A stretch of DNA of 64,000 bases. It comes from Podarcis erhardii (Eukaryota). Positions 12,830 to 25,950 of the stretch are shown piece after piece (position 1 is the first letter of the stretch; every line of letters begins with the position of its first letter). Where the stretch lies: NCBI GenBank assembly GCA_964252035.1, contig OZ176202.1. One strand, 5' to 3'. A program made the position numbers and the translations under genes. The notes under the pieces are model-generated. The model saw only the letters and a list, made by a program, of their open reading frames with translations. It made no database searches and was not told the DNA's origin.

Positions 12830-13499
12830 CTGAAGCAGAAAATGAAAAATGAGGATAGGCTGTGATTCACTTTAATGATTTTTCAACTTCTCATTTACTT
12901 CACCAGCTGCAACAGGGAAATCATACTGCAAACTTAAGCATGCCCAAGCAAACAACAGTTGTACTGAACAATAACTGGTTCTTAACCAAAGCTTGACAGT
13001 AAGTTTGATTAACAAGCAATGAAAATCGTTGGCTGAGCTGGAGCAAGACAGCTGTGGGCTGTTGATTTTTCTCTTTATACATGGCAAATTCTCATTTGGA
13101 ATTCATATAAAAATTGTAAGATGTTTATAATAAGGGTACAGTAAACCAAGTGCTGAGCAGAATAGGTCCAGAAATGCAATCTTGCTTTTACAAACTACAG
13201 CTGCTCTCTGATGATTTCTGAGCACAAAAAGAAACTTTCTCTCTGTGTTAAATTCTCTGTAGTTACCCAATGTTGAATTTAAGGGACAAAACATCCTGGA
13301 GGCTTCCTTTCACTAGCACATGAATTGATATGTCCATCATGCAGTATAGCAAATTACTAATCATACAGGGACGCACAGCATTAAATTGTAAATCATCAAT
13401 GGAAATAAAATGGTCATCGAGATAAACTTATCAATGGGTTTAAAAAACAATAACCAACACCCCAAAACATTCACTGTGCTGTTGGAAACTACCTTATAT

Positions 13500-13660
13500 A
13501 GAAATCAATCACCCATCTAGCTCAGCGTTGTCTACACTACCTGGCAATGACTTTCTGGGGTTTTAGAGAAGCGTCTTTCCCAGCCCTGAATGGATATGCT
13601 AGAGATTGAACCTCAGATCTTTTGCATGCAAAACATATGTTTTTAGGATGTGCAGCAGTG
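13500..13660 (-). mobile_element. tRNA-derived SINE (Squam3-like), reverse orientation, diverged
   Basis: Reverse-complement similarity to 8442-8615 (ccatctagctcagcgttgtctacact..gattgaacc). Confidence 0.55.
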
Positions 13661-13864
13661 ACAGACTCCTTGAACTATATATGCACAATCAGATTGCTTG
13701 AACTATATGTACACAACTCTATGGGCCCATCTATTGAGATCCAGCCCAAAGATTTGGGCCAAGATTCAGCAGCGGGTACTCTGCTGAATACAGAACTGAC
13801 AAGGTTTCATCCATTCTAAGATATACTGAGGATCATCTGAGGACTCTCTGGGTCGAGCGCTTAC

Positions 13865-14052
13865 TTGAGTCGCCTTTCCATTGACATAGCACAGATGTTC
13901 CGCCACCTTCGGTCCAGGTTCCGTGTGGCCTGCTGGATGGAGTCACATTCTGTTTCAGTGGCACAAGCGTCACAGTCATGGAGCAGAACTTCACAAAGGT
14001 TGAGGACAGATGCAACTCCAGTGCTATGTTTCTCTATGTCCCTTTGCAGCTC
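13865..14052 (-). CDS. SYNE1: SYNE1 exon (ELQRDIEKHSTGVASVLNLCEV...MERRL), 188 nt, phase 0/2
   Basis: CTATAG acceptor, CAA|GTAAGC donor. Confidence 0.97.
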
Positions 14053-17000
14053 CTATAGGTCAACAGATGAGCTTGTAAACATCTTAGACAAAAGAGGAGC
14101 CAAGCTTAAAAAAAATATGCAGCAGAAGCAAGCAAGGCAAAATTGGAACAGAAATGGATGAAAGCAGCCTATTTGGCAATTGATTACAAAAAAGCCATTC
14201 TGTGATGAGTGGTTATCAACTTGTCCAACAGTTTTTGACTCAGATTCTAAGTGCATGTACTGAAAAGTAAGGTCCACTGAAATAGTGACATTCAGGAAGG
14301 AGAGGGAAGCAGTCGGTCACCACACCTACCCACCTGTGTTCTTCTAAAGTAAAAGTAAAGCAAAGCCTTTTGTACTAGCTATATTAGCACAAATATTTTT
14401 GCTTAAAAAAAGGAAAAAGTTATGCTGATAACATTGATATACATATTATGGATTACACAGAGTAAGCACTCATTTCTTTCAATTTAATATTGAGTATATC
14501 TAGGAGCAGTTCTTTGAACCCTGAAAATCCTCTTAAACCTCTCTGCTTAATTATGAAATAACAATCCTTATATAATCAAATGAATTGAATTCCTGAGTAA
14601 CTTCTCTTTCAGGTGTCAGACAACTTCAAAGCACCCAAAGTGCTTCCCTGCAACGACTTGATTTGAAAACTAAAATTGTCTTTGTTTAGCCTTTATCATC
14701 ACTTCTCTATCATTAACCAGCTGGGAACTTATTGTGGTAAGTAATTAGCATAGTTTATACAAACCTTAAAGTCTGGAATTAAAGGGAGTTATGTTAAACT
14801 AAGTTTTACAATATTTAATATGCCAACAAAGGCAAGTAGCTTAATTTTAATCACTAGTGAACATTTTTGATCAACAAATATTGATTTTTGTTTTTCAAAT
14901 CAGAGCCTAATTGATCTAGAAAATTATCTAGATAACAATTCACGAAACAGTGCAAGTGTGCATCTTCTGTTAACCAACAGGAGTTGCCTCAGACAAGAAT
15001 TACTGATGTGAACAATGGTGAGTAAAACTGGTGCCTTCTGGGTTGTATCTGCTATGCTGCGCCATATATACATCTTTCATGGTCCCATATGAACCCTGTT
15101 TGGAGGAATATGGATAAAAATAACTATATTATTTTAAAATACAGGCTAATGTAAAATATAGGATGGTATGTGTTCCTCAAGGGCCAGCTTTGGCTGGAAA
15201 CAATTCAACAGATAAAAAGGTTCATGTGAGATGCATGTGTGGTATACAGTACATGGTGATATCTGCAGTACGAAAGGAAATTATTAAATGGATGGATGGG
15301 TGGGTCATATGGCAATGGAATCATCCTCATAAAAGAAGTTAACCCTAAGCATGTGATTCAACAGTTTACAGTATCCCTTCTGGACTAAACTTGAACAGTA
15401 CAACAATAATTCTCAGATTACTGAAAATTTCTAAATCCTGGAATTATTCTTGTGAAGCAAAAATAGCTATAACTATGGGACAAGTTTCCAGTGAGAAGAT
15501 GTCACTTGGTTTGAAGTTCCAGTAACATTTCACACTCCTTCCTTGACAACATTTTGCCTTGTTTACATTTCTCCAAAACGTTTAGTTTCCTCCCATGTTT
15601 CAAACTATGTCCTTTCTTCTCTTCCATTCCTTGAATATTGCGTGTGTGTGTGTGTGTGTGTCTAACAGGAAATATAACACCAGGAACAGTGCTCTAAGTA
15701 GTAATATAAACATGTTTTCATGGAAGACAATCTTACTCGGCCATGAGTGATCGTCAAAGAAAGAAAGAAGCTCAGAGTAGGGCACTGAAATTAACAACTA
15801 AGTTAGGTCCATTAGTTTCAACTCTGTACCCTTTGACTGTGGGGTACAAATTCAACCCATTTTAGATACACTGCTATGCCAGAGTATAATTGTGAATAAA
15901 TGGTACCTAGTTTTACTTTGAATATATTAGTACTAGTGTCTGGGCAAAGCTGCAGAGTCACTAGCTTGCAGGATTTGCAAGATATATGCATCTGGGGTAA
16001 AGAATGACCCCCACAGAAAATATATTAATGGTTCAATCCTTTTTCTGGGACCTTCTCAGAAATAAGTCTCACTGAGTTCAGTGAAATTTAGTTCACAGTA
16101 TTACAGAGTATTATATTTTCCATATTTAAAGCTTTTTTTCTTATTTTTTGTGCATGTGCACATACAGTATTCTTGTGATCTTTTCCAAATGAAAAACATC
16201 TGCATAAGCAAGATGTGACTAGATATTAACCAGGTAATGTAATTTTGTGCCCATATGTACCTGTATGCCCCAGTCAAAATCTACATAATACATTTCATTG
16301 TAGCCAGTCTATGGCCTTTAAACCCCGAGGCTGCAATCCTATGTACACTTATCTGAAAGTGAGGCCCATTTAACTTTCTAGGTAGGATTTCACTATTAAT
16401 CTTAGCCCTGTGGCATGTTTCCTGAAGACACATGCTTTGGAGAAGCAGAAAGACTGGAAAAGTTCCAATATAGTGAGCTCTATCAAGAAGACACCATGGG
16501 TGGAATTCAACATCATGCCAAGGCGATCATTCTATCAGCCCAAGCGTTTCTGCTTGCCAGATGGAACGATCTGCCCTCTCCCCGCCAGTCCATGCTGGCT
16601 TTTTTTGGAGGGGGGGTTAACTATGCAAAATGCAACATCTCCTGGACTAATGTGTGAATCAAATTTTGAATTCCTCTGAATTTTGCAGTTCTTTAATTAA
16701 AGAAAATACTCAAAACACTGCATTTAACTTTAGGACAAAATACATTTAGAAATTTTGTGATATAGCTATATCTATCTATCTAATCCAAATGCACATTTTT
16801 GTTTGGATACTTTCTTAAAGCTGCAGATTGATGTAGAAACACAGACTTATGAATGGTCATATGCAAAACTGATGTGGACCCAAAATAGACTAATCCATCC
16901 ATTCCAGTGTAAAGGTAATGAGTAAATTTGTGCTCAGCCTTTTCACTTTAGACATTGTAAAAGCTACAGCTGGGTCTTGCCAAAAGTAGCTTTTCAGTTG

Positions 17001-18083
17001 TAGTGAGAGAGCTATGATTCTTTGACTCCTATATGGATTTTTTTCTGATAGCCATTCACACTTTTGTTACACTGAAATTGGAGGATAATAATGCAGAAGA
17101 ATAGGATTCCCAAGCTGTTTATTTGGAAGCATCACAGTGCACAACTTTTCTGGATCAATCTCCAGTAGCAAAATTTACAACTGCTTGTCCCATTTGCAAA
17201 ATGAAGCAACACTCCACCAATTTGCATTGCCTTCATGCATCTTTTTAGATACAATTCAGGTTTTTAAAGTGATTAAAGAGCTGTGCCTCTAAGAGACTAA
17301 CCCATTCTCTTGCTATCCTGATGAATCTTTACAAGAGTACAGTGTTACTGCCAGGTCCGCTGGCTTGGCCACAAGATAGTGGTTGCCCGGGGCCGCTTGC
17401 GTGTGTGCGTCTGACGTCAGCATGCCTGTGGTGCACATGTCTGATTTCAGCACACCCACTGTGGGCAGGGCACATTTTTGAGAGGGGGTGCAAATAGGTA
17501 CCCCCCCCAGACTCCCTCAGTGGAGCCCAGCTCTGGCGCATAGCTAGAGCTCCACTCTGCGGTCAAGTCTGAAGAGAGGTGGCAATGTTGCTGCCCCTCT
17601 CCTGCACTGGGCTGGTCATGCCAGGTCCCTCATTCCCAGCCTCTGCTCTGCTCTGCTCCTGGGTCAGGTCTGCCTTGGGAGGCAGAGAGAGGAAGGAATG
17701 TCACAGCAGCATTGCCTGTCCTCTCCTCAGCTGGGCAGTGCACCCGGCCGGTCTGGGTGCAGTGGGCTCCCTTGGGGGTGTGCTAAGCAGGAGCATATGC
17801 TCCACCACTGGGCATGCTTATATCAGGCGCACACCCCCCCCCAACTTGTGCTGCCCCACATAAAAAATCTGTGGGTGCCCTGAACCACACTCGGTGCCTA
17901 TGGTGACTGCATCTTGCTTACTTGCAGAAAGGACTGCTAACATTAGTTGTCTATGTATGTTAGCAGTGTGATGTGGGGAAAAACAGGATAAAAGGTATGA
18001 TTCTTCTTCCATGATTGGGGGTGGGGGTTTCCTTTTAAGTATCAAGAGTAACAACTGCAGATCCCCTGAATGCATTAACACAT

Positions 18084-18393
18084 CAAGAAGATCAAACCTA
18101 TCCATTCTTAAGGAAATCAGCCCTGAGTGCTCACTGGAAGGACAGATCCTGAAGCTGAGGCTCCAATACTTTGGCCACCTCATGAGAAGAGAAGACTCCC
18201 TGGAAAAGACCCTGATGTTGGGAAAGATTGAGGGCACAAGGAGAAGGGGACAACAGAGGACGAGATGGTTGGACAGTGTTCTCGAAGCTACCAGCATGAG
18301 TTTAACCAAACTACGGGAAGTAGTGGAAGACAGGAGTGCCTGGCGTGCTCTGGTCCATGGGGTCATGAAGAGTTGGATACGACTAAACAGCAA
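18084..18393 (+). mobile_element. RTE-BovB LINE 3' fragment with open C-terminal ORF
   Basis: Translates as RRSNLSILKEISPECSLEGQILKLRLQYFGHLMRREDSLEKTLMLGKIEG..RWLD..WRALVHGV, the BovB ORF C-terminus; ends gactaaacagcaa. Confidence 0.92.
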
Positions 18394-19323
18394 ATGTGTC
18401 ATATATACACTGCAAAATACAACCATTCTTTGTGGCTGCCTGATACTATAGAACTACTTTCTTATAAATATTGGGAGCCATATTGTAATAAAACTTCTCT
18501 TTGGGTGGTATATGGAGACCGGAAATGTTTCTTATGTGAAATATTATAACAACCAGCAGCAAGCACTTAGAATGGGGTATGCCGAAAATTATTTTAAAAA
18601 CAAGAAGAAAACCTTGTAATTAAGTAAATGTATGGGAAGAAAATGGAGAGTTGAGATCTCTAAAGGGCATTTTTAGGACTACAGATTCATATAACCAAAA
18701 AACAATACAATGAATGCTCAACATCTTAACAATGGCTCAGGTTTTTTTCCTCTTCATTCTTCTTGTTCTGTGTTCATGGCTCTGCAGGTTATGCACAAGC
18801 TTGAAAGTTAAACATTATTTCTGTATAGCTCATGCAACTCTGCATGCAAAGGAATTAAAGCACAGGTTTAAAAACAGCCAATGATGAACATATATTTTGG
18901 TATCCCCAAATATGGAGAGTCTCAGGCATTTATAATGCTTGCAGTGTACAAACACAGAAGGCTTCCTCCAAGTCTATGGCAGTAAACAGTGCCTTGCAAT
19001 CCACTCCAAAACTCCCACACAATGAAAAGCTAATTACAGCAGAAGCTGACATTCTGGACATAACATCACAGTGCCTTACCTCATTTGGTAGGGTCAGTGA
19101 GCAGTTCCATGTTGACAGCAGAAGACTCTATCAGAGTAATGCTATAAGCATCACCTGCCATGAAATTTAAGGGCATCTTCCTCTCACTGCCCTCTTGCAA
19201 TATTGAGCTGGATACAGCAGGCCCAAGCCTGTACCACACTTGGATCACTCTCAACTTTGTGCAATGGGGAGTGTGGGTGTTTCATGATTTTTTTTGTTCT
19301 TCTACCTCAAATTTTTGTTTTAC

Positions 19324-19486
19324 CTGCTGCTCATTTAGTTTCCTTTGAATCTCCTCGGAATCACAGGTTTCATAGACAATGGGCTTGGACAATTCTGACT
19401 CAATGTGGGCAAGCCAAGATCTCAAGATGCTCATGTTCTTATCCAACTGCTGGACTGCCACCAGGGTCTCCTTCAGCTTCTTCATC
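19324..19486 (-). CDS. SYNE1: SYNE1 exon (MKKLKETLVAVQQLDKNM...LNEQQ), 163 nt, phase 2/0
   Basis: CTGCAG acceptor, CAG|GTAAAA donor. Confidence 0.97.
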
Positions 19487-21260
19487 CTGCAGGATCACAG
19501 GCAAGATCATGAGTATGTTACTTAATAGTCTGCATTGTTAAACAGCATATTTATTCTCGTAATTTTCTGTACAGAAGTAGTTGGGCTTTTACATCTGAGC
19601 ACCACACTCTTAGGTACAAATATTATAAACAAGGGCCTATACTTTTAACAAAATGTATCTTATTTCATGACCACATCTTGATACAGAAGGCACTGCCAAG
19701 TAGGAAAACATTTTTGTGAGATTAATATACCAGTACATAGAAAAATCTGAAACGTATCTCTACAAACCCTATTTCTGAAGTCTTAGACTCTACAGCTCAG
19801 TTCTCAGAACACACTGGAAGTACTAAACACAACAACAAAATGCTTTCAGATGTAAGAGTGAATTGTAGCATTATTTTTTACTGTAGCACTACTCTTTTTA
19901 CAGTAGAAGTAGTTCTTTCAAGATGCAGTGCTGTTAAGAGAAAGAAAAGACTTCTTGGTACCCATTTCGGTCCAAGTAGTGTTTGCCATTGATAATAGCC
20001 ACCATAACTTTTATCTTGATTAGCAAAGAAATGAGCTATTATTCAGAATTTTTCAGGTTATTTTTTCTTAGTGCAACAACTGTGTAGTTGTTATGGGGAA
20101 TCCAGACCTCTTTAATCAGTGCATAACTTTTCATGTGGGGCTATCGCATTTTTCCCCAACCCAAGATTGCACTTTTTGCCAACATTTTGATCTCTAACAA
20201 CATAATTGATGCAGAACAGTGTATTGTCTTTTGTGGTTAAGCTATATCCACAACGAACCGTTGGCACAGCTCAAACAAAAGCTGAATATAAAACAGAAAA
20301 AAACTTGGCCCTAAAAATCTTTGGGCCAATTTATTTTGCTTATTTTTTCTTCCCTGTACAATTAAGTACTTCTTTACTCCCACATACCGGATTGCATAGA
20401 AAACAGGTGTGGGCTTTCAGCACTTATACTTCTCCACAGGACCTTCCACATGATGGAAAGGATCATGTAGAGAAAAGAAGTGGCTGGTTCACATATTCAA
20501 ACAGCCATTTGTCAACTTCAGTAGGAACAGATTTACTAATCTGCAGGGGCCTTTACTGAAACCTTGTTAGAAGTACATTGGTGTGTAACAAGAAAATTAA
20601 CAATTCTGTTTGGCTGCTTTTGGAAAGTAACTTTCATAAGCAACTAAATACAAATTCACTTTGTTTTCCAAGGGCTACAGCATGTTATATTAAATTGTAT
20701 TTTTTTCTCATTCAAATTTAAATTTAAAACAATATATTTCTTATAATATACACTCTAAAACACACACACAAATAAAAGAAGTGCTTTATAAATTTTTCTC
20801 CAAACTCCCGGTAGTGGCTGAGTGTTCTATAAACAAACTGCTATTCTCACAACATAAATGTGATAGTCAACTGAAGGCTAAATGATTTTGAAAGAAATAC
20901 TACCTAGAAGCAGAACATATACATTTAGAAAACCAAGTACTATTTGTCACAATGACACACAAAATGCGCCCAAAGTATTTACTTTGATTTTACAACTTTC
21001 ATTTTCTTCATGGCAGCAAATCTATCAAATATTTCTAAAGCAAAATATGTTACATACAATTTCACCCCTATTAGCCTTGAAAAAGACTAGCAAGGAAAAT
21101 TAGTGAAGGCAGATGAAGCAATTCTTTTCAAAACAAGAAAAATAATGAACAAACTTATGGATGATTTACACGGATCCCCCACCCCATGGGAAATAATTTC
21201 CCTTTAATTAACAGATTCCTAATAAAAGATATGCCAGAGTGTTTTTACAGTGTTCAATTA

Positions 21261-21454
21261 CAGGGCGCAGAAGGGTGCTACCTTCCTTAGCAGCTGTTTT
21301 AGAAGAAAGAGGTAGCCCCCCCCCCAATAATTGATCACAAGGTGTGGTGCATGCACACTATTTGAATGGGAATGCTCATTAACTTTGGGGGCAACCCCCT
21401 CCTATATTTTATTGGGGGGGCAAAGGGACCTCAGCCCCTAGGAATTGGCTCCTG
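21261..21454. mobile_element. Probable non-autonomous hAT-like DNA transposon fragment
   Basis: Ends cagggcgc / ggaattggctcctg with internal poly-C and poly-G blocks; TSD not evident. Confidence 0.4.
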
Positions 21455-24082
21455 TATTTAGATGGCTATAGCAGGCATAATTTGGTTTAAAATGGTTGTG
21501 GTGGGGAGAGTACCCAGAAGATAGGATTTCACTGAAGGCTCTCTCACCCCTGCCCCAATGTGAGCCTTGGATATTGCCCTCTAAATATAACATATTCCAA
21601 AAAGTATATGAAATAGTTGCCTTTTCAGACACAAAGTGCTGGAATAGGTGCCAGTCTGTCAGGAGAGAGCAGCCTAAACCAAAATGTACATAGGTCCACT
21701 CTGTGCATGTACAGCTTTTAGAATCTTTAGCTTGACAGGTCCCAATCTGATCTCCAAGCATTGTTTTCCCATCATGCCTGAACACCCTAGGGCTGCTGCT
21801 GCGCACTCGCATGGAAAGGGTGTGGCTTACCTACTACGCTCACAGATGGTCTCAATTAAAAAGCAAAGCGGTAGAAAAGTCGCAATCATGCATTCCCACC
21901 CTGTAATTGTGAAGCATTCACAGTGCAAATTCGCACAATTGCAGGTGGAGCTAAAAGCACTGTACATTGAAATAAAAATAAAGTGATGCCAGAAGAGAAA
22001 AAGACTCACTTATGTCTATAGAGGGATTGAAAAAAAGGCACAATTTCCTGCTTGCTGGTTGGTTAATATATGAAACAGCAATACCGAAAAAGATTAAAAG
22101 TAAAAATAAGATAATAAATGAAGGCATTGAGATTAATTGCAGCATTTTCCTTATGTCTATATTGGGGGGGGGGCAGGGAAAGCAAACACCTGGGTGCTCT
22201 TCTAGACATTTTTGCAGGTTTTTCTGGCAACATACCAGGCAGCTTTCCATCTCTGCCTGAAGGAAAGTGTGAATTAAATAAACACTTTTTAGTTTTAAAC
22301 ACCAGCAACTGAACCAAAACCTCACATTGTAAACCTGCTTTAAACTTAGGTAAGCTTAGAATCAAAGCCTGAGGGATATATCCACACGCTTTGGGTTTGG
22401 AGAAGATTAAGTAGAAATCATGACAGAGCTATCAATAGCTTTTCATTCATCAAATGGCAAATCCCCTGACTAAGCCTAGCAACATAATTTGTGCTTCAAA
22501 CCACATGGAAAATAAACATGTGTCCATGGGCTTACTCCAGCCGTTTTGCTCTCTGGCTTGAACCAGGGCTTATAGGATTTGTTTGCATGCATGTTATCTA
22601 GGAAACACAGTTGTGTGGGAACATGGACACATACTAACTCAAATAGATGTGCAGGAAAATGTCATGAAAGACAATGAAACGAATGTAGTTCTTGTTGTGT
22701 GTATGTGAGAGACAGAGCACAGCTGCAGACAGAGAAGCCTTTATCTCCTTTGAGGTAAATATGCAGCAGTATCCTTGGGAGTCAGTGTTCTAGGAAAACC
22801 TGCAGCGATTCTGAAAATCCCTAGGCATGCTGCTTTAAGAAGCTTGGTCTAAGTCCTTTCTCTTGCTTCAGACAGCTCATGTTCAAAATAGCAGCTTGAA
22901 ATCATCACATGATAGGTTTAAACAAGGTTATATACATTTAGCAAGCCTGATACACAAGTACAGTAAGTCCCCTGTGACTTGCTGTACATTCCTTACAGCC
23001 CACATCTTAACCATTTGACCTTGCTCACTTTCTAATCTAATTGTCCAGGGTCATTATTCTTCATTAACAAATATCTGTAACTTTAAAAGTAACTTTATAT
23101 TTGCATTACACTAACTAGTTTAAATCCTAAGTAATCTGGCATTTTTATATCATTTTAAGAATGCATGTGCGGGGAATTTTTTTGGTACCATTAAACACTA
23201 TGATATTTCTTTCTAGACGAATACATGTCTTAAAGTATTTTTATACTGAACATGCATTTACTATTATTCAAGTGCACTATATTGTATCATGAAGTCATAG
23301 AATCATGATTAGGCCAGACAGCTGGCTTCTAATAATAACTTGTAATGGTTTTTTAATTTTTTTAAAAAAAGAAGTGTAAGGTTCTTTCAGATTTCCCCCC
23401 AGCTTTATTTCAATTCTACAAGGTATAACTATACAGATCTTAAGATCTTTAGGGAAAAAAGCAAGTTGGATTCAGATAATATATCTATATCTAGAACTTA
23501 AAGCACTGAAGAAGAAGAAAATAAATATGTTTCCTAGTGACTGAGAAGGCTGTATTGCAGCTCTGATACAGGTTCACTTATAATAACATTCTCTTAGGAA
23601 ATAAGTAACATATAAAATGCTATATATAGCTTGCTGGTAATATTTAGTGTGTCTTTGGTGGTTTAAGATAAATTCAGAATGCTGATAGCAAGGATCAGAG
23701 CATATATCCTGCTTGAAATACTTCTGTAAAACCAGTCTCCACGCCACCCCTTTTCTGTGCCTCCTTTACAGCACATGGAAGACTGTGAAGTCAAATGCAT
23801 TTTCTGCTATGGCTCATGTGTAGTTTGTGATCCTGCATTTAACTGGCAGTAAAACTAGGTGTACAGTTTCACTGAGCAAGTCACTCGGATGAGCGGGGTG
23901 GTTGTTTCCAGGTCATTTTGCTCATTCCAGAACTGCAAACATTTGTGCTTTATAAAATGTAAGGATCTGTTTATCAGCGCTTAGCTCCCATTTAGTCACC
24001 TACTCAACATGGAAAAGGTCTAAAATAGGAAAAGAAACACATAAAAGAAAAAAAAAAATAATGAATCAAAATGTTCACATGC

Positions 24083-24174
24083 CTTGTCACATCGCAATTG
24101 CAATCAGGGAGGTCTGAATCCACACTGCGGTCATCTGCCATCTTCACGGCCCATAAATCCACCAACACCAGCAT
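24083..24174 (-). CDS. SYNE1: Nesprin-1alpha2-type alternative first coding exon (MLVLVDLWAVKMADDRSVDSDLPDCNCDVT-R)
   Basis: Resembles the recalled 31-aa unique N-terminus of human nesprin-1alpha2 (MVVAEDLSALRMAEDGCVDADLPDCNCDVTR); the phase-2 end at AG|GCATGT fits the 19486 acceptor; a further in-frame ATG lies at 24204. Confidence 0.85.
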
Positions 24175-25812
24175 TAAGCTTTCCAGCACAAAAATTAAGA
24201 ACATTCAGTCCAAAATCTTCTCAAGAGTGTGCCACACAGAGCACCATGTGCACACACAAAACGCTCACACTCCCAACAAATGTTAGTAACTCACTGCCTG
24301 ATAACATGAGCCCAAGCAGTGACAAGTGGTCATGTTTCTAAATAAAACTTACATTCATCAACATGTGCCAGGGTGATCTCCTGGAATGTAGGCCACGAAT
24401 GGGGGAGGGAAGGGGGGGGGGAGACTACACTGCAGACTCTGAACAGTTGTAGACTCAACTGTCCAGGAGAAAATGTGCCCGGTTACTGTAAACAAAGCAG
24501 AGGTTTGTGTGTTTCTTTCCTTGTTTTGATGGGTAATATTGGGGTGATTTCTTTTTATAAGAGACAGAATTCCTACTGGACTATAAGAGGCAAGGGATTA
24601 AAAAAACGAAGAGAGTAAGGAAAAGAGAAAAAGTTTAAGTTCACAATAAGTTTACTACAGCTTGAGTAAAGATACAAAAGAAATTGGCACTGAGCACGTT
24701 CCTTGTTTAATGATTTTATGCACTACCCCTCCAAATGAATATCAATAAACTTGGGCACAAACCAGCCACAGTGAAGCAAGTCCCATTGGTATTAATGAGA
24801 GGCACACAAGCACACGTGTAACACTTATACTGACAGCAAGGGAATTTAAAATGTGTTTAAAAATGATAGACATGGACACTCTATTTTGTGGGGGAGGGAA
24901 ATCATAGTCAATTTATTTATTTTTACTGAATGTATTTTTATCTACCCAATCAACCAAATGGATCACAACGTGGTTTTAGAAATACTATATTCCTTTGAAT
25001 TGGGAAATAAGTTTGAAATGTTGAAATAGCTGGTTCTTATTGATTGATTCCTGTGATATCAACGAAAGAAGTTTTAAAACGAAAAGTGAATGATTTATAG
25101 GGGTGCTGTGTGGAAGAGCAGATCACCTGGTATGGTGGAGCTGAAGCAACAGCCTCCTGGCAGCGATGTTGCTGCTGTTTACCTGAAGGGGGGGCAGTGT
25201 TGAGGTTGAGGCTATGCAGATTCACCAACAGGAGCACCTGAATGGAGCATTGAAGACAATATTGGGCTGTAATAGTGATCTGACTCCATATAAGGCAGGT
25301 TCCTATGTTCCATCCACTGCCTTCTTTGCTTTTCACTTTGCTTAGCCAAAGGTGAGCACTTCTGCATTCAGGGCAGGAGAGGAAAATGGGAGATAGGAAT
25401 TGAGTGGGTGCCTCTCAAGTGCCTTTTGGGGGGGAAACCTTCCACCTCTTTTGGGATGGAGAGTTGTACATTCACAGCCAGAATTTGTGTGTGTGCAGAC
25501 CATATTATTAATAAGGAAAAATTCAATGTTAGCAATTGCAACGAAAGGGATTGAAAATAAAATTTACTATGAGGTATTGTTTATTTTTATACACCACCTT
25601 TCATCACCTAGAATCCCAATATTCAGAGTCAGTGAGCTGATCCAGTTTCAGTAGCCAATATTGTATTGGGTTTTATCCTCCACAAATGGAAGTCTCTTCG
25701 ATCCAGCAATGGATTCAATCTTGGGTCTGGGGAGGGAGGCACTTTTTGCTAACCCTGCAGCTCCCTGTGCCATCTCCCACCCTGTTCCAAAGGGGTTGCT
25801 AACCCTCTGAAA

Positions 25813-25950
25813 CAGACTTCCTCAACCTTGGCCCTCCAGATGTTTTTTGGCCTACAACTCCCATGATCCCTAGCTAGCAGGACCAGCGGTCAGGGATGCT
25901 GGGAATTGTAGTCTCAAAAACATTTGGAGGGCTGAGGTTGAGGAAGCCTG
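25813..25950. mobile_element. Palindromic hAT MITE
   Basis: TIRs cag(a/g)cttcctcaacct; 8-bp TSD ctctgaaa/ctctggaa. Confidence 0.85.

Noticed and set aside
17818-18426. 202-aa minus-strand ORF, the longest in the track
   Set aside because: Antisense shadow of the BovB fragment
25175-25190. Strong minus-strand donor CAG|GTAAAC in the large intron
   Set aside because: Lies beside a degenerate SINE relic, with no linked ORF or acceptor
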